A DNA stretch of 64,000 nt from an uncultured Gemmatimonadales bacterium (GTDB lineage: Bacteria > Gemmatimonadota > Gemmatimonadetes > Gemmatimonadales > GWC2-71-9), in NCBI GenBank assembly GCA_963739455.1, contig CAVUAK010000001.1, positions 640,001-704,000 on the forward strand. Direction: 5' to 3'. Positions 57,777 through 64,000 of the stretch are shown here, one piece after another; the first letter of the stretch is position 1, and every line of letters begins with the position of its first letter. The position numbers and the translations under genes were made by a program. The notes under the pieces are model-generated. The model was not told the DNA's origin. It made no database searches and saw nothing but the letters and a program-made list of their open reading frames with translations.

Positions 57777-59627
57777 GTGGCCGACACGCTCCGCTCGGAG
57801 GTCCAGGAGGCGCTTGGCGGCAGTTACGCCATCGAGCGCGAACTGGGGCGGGGCGGCATGGGCGCCGTCTACCTCGCCCGCGACCTGGCCCTGGACCGGC
57901 TGGTGGCGATCAAGGTGCTCCCGCCAGAACTCGCCGTTCGACATGAACTGCGCGAGCGCTTCCTTCGCGAGTCCCGCACCACCGCAGCGTTTTCCCACCC
58001 GAACATCGTGCCGGTGCATGCGATCGTCGAGCAGCCCCAGCTGCTGGGCTTTGTCATGGGCTATGTGGAAGGAGAATCCGTGACGGCGTGGGTAGCGCGC
58101 ACTGGGCCGCTCTCGGCACGGGACGCGCTGCGCCTGCTGCGCGAGGTGGCCTGGGGCCTGTCGTATGCGCACGGTCGCGGCATCATCCACCGGGACGTGA
58201 AGCCCGACAACATCCTGATCGAGCGCGCGACGGGGCGGGCACTCGTTACCGACTTCGGGATCGCGCGCTCCAGTGCAGCCGAGGGGCTGACCGCAGTGGG
58301 CGAGGTGGTGGGCACGCCGCAGTTCATGAGCCCGGAGCAGGCGGCGGGTGACGTCCTCGACGGGCGCAGCGACCTCTACTCACTCGGCGTCGTCGCGTGG
58401 TACGCGTTGACCGGAAGACCCCCGTTCGAGGCCACCAGCGCCGGTGCCGTGATGGCGATGCACCTCACCCAGCCGCTCCCGCCGCTCGGCCCGCTCCGCC
58501 CCGACCTTCCCAAGGTGCTGGTGGACGTCGTGGAGCAGTCGCTCGCGAAGGACCCGGCGCGTCGTTTCCAGACGGGCGAGGAACTGGTGACCGCCCTCGA
58601 TGCCATGCAGGCGACGCAGCGCGAGGTGCCCCCCGCGATACGGCTGTTTCACCAGCGCCTCGGCATCGTCGCGATCGCCTCGTTCTTCCTGCTCCTGTTC
58701 GGCGGCAACATCGTGCGACGCACCCTGGGCAACGGGAGCGACCTCGACGCGCTGATCTTCGGCACTTTCGTCCTGGCGGTGATCCTCGGGCTTGTCGCCA
58801 CCCTCGTGCGTGATGCGCGACAGCTGCTGCTGCGCGGCTTCCAGGCCGATGAGGTGCGGGACGCGTTGCGCGCCATCACCGCGGAAGAGGACGACAATCG
58901 CGCGCAGCTTCGCGCGAACGCCGCCTACGTGAAGCGCCTGCGCGTTCGGCGATCGATGTCGGTGGCGTTCCTCGTGTTCGCAGTGGCGGCCTTCGCCTTT
59001 GCGCTCTCCACCCAGCGCTCGCTCCTCTCCCCGGGTGTGTACGGGATGTCGCGTCCAGGCGTGTTGATGGGGGTCGCCGCCACCGTGATGTTCGGCACGG
59101 CGCTGGTGACCTTCATGACAAGTTCGCTGCGGGGCCCGCCGCTCGGACGGCTGCTCACCCGGCTGTGGAGCGGGGCAGCGGGACGGCTGCTGTTCCGGAT
59201 TGCCGGATGGAAGCTGCCCGCGACCGGCCTTCCGGTTGCGGTCACCGGTCCGCAGCGCGGACGGGGCCCGGGCGCGGTGCTGCAGTCGATGACGGCGGCG
59301 ATGCGGCGGGAATTCACCGATGTCGCAGCCGGGATCACGAAGCTCGAGGCGGAATCAGCGGGACTCGATGCGAGGGTGGCCCAACTCCAGCAGGCGCTGC
59401 AGGAAGCGCGCGCCGGTGTGACTCCAGGCTCCGAGTCATCGGGGGAAGTTCCCCGCGCCGCGTTCGCCGCCGAGGCCGACGGAGCGCTGGCGCTGTCACG
59501 CGGACGGCACCAGGCGATTGCCGCGGGTCTCGAGTCAGTGCGGATGCAGTTGCTGCGATTCAAGGGCGGGCTCGGCAGCGCCGATGACGTGCGACGCGCG
59601 CTGCGCGAGGCCACCCGACCCGACTAG
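57777..59627 (+). CDS. Membrane Ser/Thr protein kinase
   Basis: GRGGMG, HRDVKPDN, DFG, FMSPEQ; 4 TMs and coiled C-terminus. Confidence 0.9.
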   Translation: MADTLRSEVQEALGGSYAIERELGRGGMGAVYLARDLALDRLVAIKVLPPELAVRHELRERFLRESRTTAAFSHPNIVPVHAIVEQPQLLGFVMGYVEGESVTAWVARTGPLSARDALRLLREVAWGLSYAHGRGIIHRDVKPDNILIERATGRALVTDFGIARSSAAEGLTAVGEVVGTPQFMSPEQAAGDVLDGRSDLYSLGVVAWYALTGRPPFEATSAGAVMAMHLTQPLPPLGPLRPDLPKVLVDVVEQSLAKDPARRFQTGEELVTALDAMQATQREVPPAIRLFHQRLGIVAIASFFLLLFGGNIVRRTLGNGSDLDALIFGTFVLAVILGLVATLVRDARQLLLRGFQADEVRDALRAITAEEDDNRAQLRANAAYVKRLRVRRSMSVAFLVFAVAAFAFALSTQRSLLSPGVYGMSRPGVLMGVAATVMFGTALVTFMTSSLRGPPLGRLLTRLWSGAAGRLLFRIAGWKLPATGLPVAVTGPQRGRGPGAVLQSMTAAMRREFTDVAAGITKLEAESAGLDARVAQLQQALQEARAGVTPGSESSGEVPRAAFAAEADGALALSRGRHQAIAAGLESVRMQLLRFKGGLGSADDVRRALREATRPD

Positions 59628-60064
59628 GTGCAGTCCCGCCGGAACATCTCCAGCACATCCAGCCGGTTTTCCATGCCGCCCGCCTGCGCAGAAATTCGCA
59701 GTGAGTATTCGCGCCGCAGTGAATCGGCATCTACGCCGCGCAGCACGACGATGTGCCACTGGGCGCAGTAGGCCGGGATCTCCGCCTCGATGACCTTCCG
59801 GGCGCTGCCAAGGCTGGCGACCCACGCCTCGCATGAGGGAAAGACGGCGGCCTGCGCCCGGTGCACCTGCTCGTGCGCGAGGACCTCTTCGGCCTGGGGT
59901 GTGCCGACGATGTCGGCCCGGACCCAGCTCTCGGCCAGGCCGTTGCGGCAGAAGGTGTAGCCGAGGAATCCCTGGGGAGGTGACGCCGGGGCCGCACCCT
60001 GCGCCAGCACAGCCGTAGGGGTGTACAAGAGGACGACAGCGAGTGACAGGGCGAGGCGATTCAT
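59624..60064 (-). CDS. Small secreted protein with HEXXH motif
   Basis: Signal peptide, AHEQVH, downstream E..AY, 4 Cys. Confidence 0.65.
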   Translation of the reverse strand: MNRLALSLAVVLLYTPTAVLAQGAAPASPPQGFLGYTFCRNGLAESWVRADIVGTPQAEEVLAHEQVHRAQAAVFPSCEAWVASLGSARKVIEAEIPAYCAQWHIVVLRGVDADSLRREYSLRISAQAGGMENRLDVLEMFRRDCT

Positions 60065-60104
60065 GCCCTTGCATTGTAACCCGGCGTCGTGGAAGCTTTC
60101 GGAT

Positions 60105-61262
60105 ATGCGCATCGCGATCTATTCCGAGATCTACTGGCCGATGGTGAGCGGGGTCGCGCTCACGCTCCGCCGGCTGGTTGATGCGCTGCATGCGCGGGGG
60201 CATTCGGTGCGGGTGTACTCGCCGCACTACGACCTGCCGCCGGGCGCAGTCGAGCGGCCGGAGGTACATCGATCGCCGGGGCGGCCGTTCTTCATCGCAC
60301 CCGATGTGCAGTGGGCCTTCCCGAAAGTGCGCGACCTCGTGGCCGACATGCGGGAGTTCCAGCCGCAGGTGGTTCACCTGGCCACCGAGTTCGCCATGGG
60401 ATACCCGGGACTTCGCGCGTCGAAGCAGCTCGGACTGCCCATCATCGCGAGTTCACACACCGACTACGAGGCGTACGCCCGGCCCTACGGCAAGTGGCTC
60501 GTTCCCGTCGTGCAGCCGGGCTGGATGTACCTGCGCTGGTTCTACCGGCACGCGCACAAGGTGCTCTGCCCCACGAGGGTGCACGAGGCGCATCTCCACG
60601 CCCGAGGCGTGCACCACACCGGCATCTGGACGCGCGGAGTCAACGCGGAGGAGTTCCACCCGCGCTTCCGCTCCGATGCCTGGCGGGCACGATTCGGCAT
60701 CGGGCCCACCGACACGCTGGTGACCTTCGTCGGGCGCATCGCGCCGGAGAAGAACCTCAGCATCCTGCTCGACGCGTGGCAGCAGCTCGCCCCGGTGCGC
60801 GGCAACGCGCAACTCGTTCTTGTCGGCGACGGACTCCTCGTGGAGAACATTCGCGCGCGGCAGATTCCGGGGATTCACATGCTCGGATACCTGCACGGCA
60901 TCGAGCTCGCCACGGCGTACGCCTCGTCGGATGTGTTCGCCTTTCCCTCCGGCACCGAGACCTTCGGCAACGTACTGCTCGAGGCGATGGCCTCGGGCAC
61001 AGCGCCGGTGTGCGTCAACGCGGGCGGCCCGAGCGACTACGGCGTCAACGGCGTGAATGCACTGATGGCGCCGCCGAACGATGTGGGCGCGTTCGCGGAA
61101 CAGCTGGGGCGGGCCCTCGGCGATCCCGCATTGCGGCGGCAGATCGGCGAAGGGGCGCGGCTGACCGCGCTGAGCCGGCGCTGGGACGCGATCTATGACC
61201 AGCTGCTCGACGACTACGCGGAGACGATCGCCGACCGGAGACAGCGCCGCGCCGCCGCTTAA
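60105..61262 (+). CDS. GT4 family glycosyltransferase
   Basis: MRIAI..E.Y.P.VSGV, GRIAPEKN, ETFGNVLLEAMASG. Confidence 0.92.
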   Translation: MRIAIYSEIYWPMVSGVALTLRRLVDALHARGHSVRVYSPHYDLPPGAVERPEVHRSPGRPFFIAPDVQWAFPKVRDLVADMREFQPQVVHLATEFAMGYPGLRASKQLGLPIIASSHTDYEAYARPYGKWLVPVVQPGWMYLRWFYRHAHKVLCPTRVHEAHLHARGVHHTGIWTRGVNAEEFHPRFRSDAWRARFGIGPTDTLVTFVGRIAPEKNLSILLDAWQQLAPVRGNAQLVLVGDGLLVENIRARQIPGIHMLGYLHGIELATAYASSDVFAFPSGTETFGNVLLEAMASGTAPVCVNAGGPSDYGVNGVNALMAPPNDVGAFAEQLGRALGDPALRRQIGEGARLTALSRRWDAIYDQLLDDYAETIADRRQRRAAA

Positions 61263-61280
61263 GTCCATAATGGTCAACAG

Positions 61281-61314
61281 GATAGCCCCCGCCATGCCGC
61301 GGGGGCTATCTTTT
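61281..61314 (+). terminator. Intrinsic terminator after the glycosyltransferase
   Basis: GATAGCCCCCGC-CATGCC-GCGGGGGCTATC then TTTT. Confidence 0.7.
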
Positions 61315-61320
61315 CGTGCT

Positions 61321-62286
61321 ATGTCCCGACCCCGCTTTGCCCCCTACGCGTGGGGGGTGGTGGCCTTCAGCTTCGCCGTGATCGTGTGGGGCGCCTACGT
61401 GCGTGCCAGTGGTTCTGGTGCTGGTTGCGGCGCCCATTGGCCGCTGTGCAATGGCACGGTGCTCCCGCGCGATCCGGCCGCGGAGACGTTGATCGAGCTC
61501 GCCCACCGGGCGACGAGCGGCATGGCACTGCTCCTCGTGGCGGGGCTGGTCATACTGGCCCGGCGGGACTTTCCGTCCGGCCACCTGGTGCGCCGCGCTG
61601 CCTGGGCCAGCCTCTTCTTCATGGTGACCGAAGCCCTGGTCGGGGCCGGGATCGTGCTGCTCCGGCTGGTGGCCGACAACGATTCCACAGCTCGCGCCGT
61701 ATATCTCGGCGTGCACCTGGTCAATACGTTCCTCCTGCTGGCCGCCATGACGCTGACCGCCTGGTGGGGATCGGGATGGCCGATGCCCCGGCAGCCCCTC
61801 GAATGGCGCCGCCTGGCCCCACTTTGGGGGGTGCTGGCGGCACTGCTGCTCGTTGGGGTCACCGGGGCCATCACGGCGCTGGGTGACACGCTCTTTCCCG
61901 CAGGGTCATTGGCGGAGGGGATGCGGCAGGATGCATCTCCCACCGCGCACATCCTGGTGCGCCTTCGGGTGCTGCACCCAATTCTTGCAATTGCAACCGG
62001 CGTGACCCTGCTGACGTACTCGGTGCGCGGAATAGTGCGGGAGACGTCTCCTGCGACGTCCCTCGTGGGGCGCGCCGCCGCCGGCCTGGTCGTGGTTCAA
62101 CTGATGGCCGGTGTCCTCAACCTCCTCCTGCTGGCGCCCATCTGGATGCAGCTCGTTCATCTCCTGCTGGCAGACCTGGTATGGCTCAGCGCCGTGCTCC
62201 TGACGGCGTGTGCCGCGGCCGAGACCGCACCGGATGCCCCCGGCAGCCGGTCACCCGCACTCGATACCGCCGTTGCGCATCGGTAG
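61321..62286 (+). CDS. ctaA: Heme A synthase (COX15/CtaA family)
   Basis: GAYVRASGSGAGC..WPLCNG, E.AHR, conserved His in TM helices. Confidence 0.85.
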   Translation: MSRPRFAPYAWGVVAFSFAVIVWGAYVRASGSGAGCGAHWPLCNGTVLPRDPAAETLIELAHRATSGMALLLVAGLVILARRDFPSGHLVRRAAWASLFFMVTEALVGAGIVLLRLVADNDSTARAVYLGVHLVNTFLLLAAMTLTAWWGSGWPMPRQPLEWRRLAPLWGVLAALLLVGVTGAITALGDTLFPAGSLAEGMRQDASPTAHILVRLRVLHPILAIATGVTLLTYSVRGIVRETSPATSLVGRAAAGLVVVQLMAGVLNLLLLAPIWMQLVHLLLADLVWLSAVLLTACAAAETAPDAPGSRSPALDTAVAHR

Positions 62287-62301
62287 GCTCCTGACACCCT
62301 G

Positions 62302-63172
62302 ATGGCCCGACCGCACCCCAAGCCAGAATTCGAGGCACAGCTTCCGCAGCCGGAGCGAAATCCGCTCGCGCCTTCGGTCAGCACGCTGATGCATGCGGTG
62401 TTGATCCTGGTCATTCTCCTGCTGTCGAAGAGGATGGAGGAACAGCAGGCGCAGCAGCCGAAGGCGGATTCGACCAAGACGCGAGAGGTGGCAATGGTGT
62501 ATGTGCCGCCACCGAAGCAGCCAGCACCCAAGCCGGTGGAGCCTCCACCAGCACCACCGGTGGAGTCGCCGCAGACCACAGGCTATCAACAAGACACCGG
62601 AGCCGGAGCCGAACGCACCTCCCGAGGCACCGCGCACCCAGGGCACGGTTGAACCCGACCAGCCACGCGCCCCCGATCCGGTGGGCGATCCCACTGCACC
62701 ACGGGCGCCGGACAACACGCCTCCGGCGCCCGAGCAGGTGAACAAGGAGGATGCGCTCAACGCCTCGATGGAGATGGAAGCGCAGCGGATATTCGGGAGG
62801 AAGAAGGGGGGCGTGGTGGCCGACGCGGGACCGGTGGCGACGCGCCCGTTCGAGAACGCGAATATCCCCGACAAGGTGTGCCCGGAGATCCCCAAGGATT
62901 CAACCGGGGCGACGCCGGATGGAGTGGTGAAGGGGCGGGTGGTGCAGCAGGAGACGGGGCGACCGCTGTCCAATGCCCACCTTCAGATGGTGGGGCAGAA
63001 GTACGCCACGTTCGCCGATGCCAACGGCGACTTCGAGCTGCACTTCGACCTGAACCTGATGGCGGAGTGCCGGGTGCAGTACGTCACCATCATTGCGCCC
63101 GGCTATCGCTCGCAGATGCTGCCCATCGTGATGGGCGGCGGCATTTCCACGGTGCCGCTCAAGCGGCGCTAG
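62302..63172 (+). CDS. TonB-like Pro-rich membrane-anchored protein with carboxypeptidase-regulatory-like domain; frameshift near 62578
   Basis: S...HA TM anchor, PKP/PEP linker, GRVV..ETG.PL..A.....DANG.F..APGY. Confidence 0.6.
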
Positions 63173-63756
63173 GCGGCCCGCACCGCCTCGACGGAGATGT
63201 CGAGGTCAACGTCATCACCCAGCATGACCCCGCCGGCGTCGAGCACCTTGTTCCAGGCCACGCCGAAGTCCATGCGGTTGATCTTCCCGCTGACATGAAA
63301 ACCGACCCGCTGTCTCGCCCCATCGCCGGTCGTTCCCAGGTATTCGCCGCTCAGCGTCACCGGCTTCGTCACCCCACGGATCGTCAGGTTGCCCACCAGC
63401 GTCACCGCATTGCCGGCCACGACGACACTGGTGCTCCGGAAAGTGATCTCGGGGTGGTTCGCGGCATCGAAGAAATCGGCCGAGCGGAGGTGCGTGTCCC
63501 GCTTTTCCAGGCGCGTATCGATGCTCGTCGCCTGGATGACGATCTCGGTCGAGCCGCCGCTCCATGCCGATGGATTGCCGGTGATCGTTCCTTTCCAGTC
63601 GGTGAACGTCCCGCTGACCCTGCTCATGATGTGGCGAATGCGAAACGTGAGCTCGGAGTGCCCCTTGTCGATGTTGAACGTCGCGGTATCGGCCGCGACC
63701 GGTGGCGCCGCAAGGGCACCGGCAAGGGCGGCGGTGGTGAGCAGCAACGGGAGCAC
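63169..63756 (-). CDS. YceI family protein
   Basis: ID..HS...F.IRH, RDTHLRSADFF, GNLTIRGVTK, INR.DFG. Confidence 0.92.
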   Translation of the reverse strand: MLPLLLTTAALAGALAAPPVAADTATFNIDKGHSELTFRIRHIMSRVSGTFTDWKGTITGNPSAWSGGSTEIVIQATSIDTRLEKRDTHLRSADFFDAANHPEITFRSTSVVVAGNAVTLVGNLTIRGVTKPVTLSGEYLGTTGDGARQRVGFHVSGKINRMDFGVAWNKVLDAGGVMLGDDVDLDISVEAVRAA

Positions 63757-63769
63757 GCGGAAACCTCGA

Positions 63770-64000
63770 TCAGAACGGCTTGTAGATAGCCATGACGACG
63801 GCAATGCCACCGAGCACGGGCAGGAACCAGAAGATGGTGCGCGCCAGCTCGGGCTTCCGGTACGGAATGGCCACGAGCACGGCCAGCACGACCCAGCAGG
63901 CGAGCTTGACGAGAACCCAGCCTGGCAGGTTTCCGTGCATCACGCCCAACCGCGCCAACGCGCCGAAACCGCCAAGCAGGATGATGAAGGTGGCGACGCC
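63770..64000 (-). CDS. Small membrane protein, 5'-partial
   Basis: Hydrophobic ORF ending ..AIYKPF; runs off the window. Confidence 0.6.
   Translation of the reverse strand, partial: GVATFIILLGGFGALARLGVMHGNLPGWVLVKLACWVVLAVLVAIPYRKPELARTIFWFLPVLGGIAVVMAIYKPF

Noticed and set aside
70..62600. Frameshifts in dacB, tolC, macA-like, fabH, thrC-like, moeB and the TonB-like gene as programmed frameshifting or pseudogenes
   Set aside because: Mostly single extra bases, with no shared slippery motif, no in-frame stops or other decay, and scattered over unrelated genes. Long-read consensus error is the simplest explanation; raw reads are needed to settle it.
1..64000. tRNA, rRNA, IS elements, prophage, defence systems
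   Set aside because: No recognisable signatures by eye; tRNAscan, Infernal and ISEScan were not run.

Overview
GC-rich (roughly 68-70% by eye) bacterial chromosomal segment, most consistent with Gemmatimonadota (inferred from gene content: GWxTD-like proteins, HEAT-repeat protein, Ser/Thr kinases, OPT transporter). It holds about 58 CDS and no rRNA, tRNA, CRISPR array or mobile element that I can see. Many single-base frameshifts in ordinary genes (dacB, tolC, macA-like, fabH, thrC-like, moeB) suggest an imperfectly polished long-read assembly. The most interesting content is RNA-level regulation of amino-acid and sulfur metabolism. (1) A SAM-II-like riboswitch wired to an intrinsic terminator precedes a ThrC-like PLP enzyme, a MoaD-like sulfur carrier and MoeB-rhodanese. 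Inside the same operon, an unannotated Cys-rich leader peptide ([16 protein letters not shown]...) with an antiterminator/terminator gates a rhodanese. This is a candidate doubly regulated, sulfur-carrier-dependent homocysteine/cysteine pathway. (2) An apparently leaderless W-D-F-Y-F-F leader peptide attenuator precedes a prephenate dehydratase-ACT-DAHP synthase fusion. (3) Four paralogous secreted ~800-aa proteins with a degenerate GWxTD-like core flank that fusion. Also noted: a polymerase-dead PolX, a secreted 14-aa repeat protein, a G-quadruplex-type 9-mer repeat, many leaderless-type promoters and two probable CTG starts.
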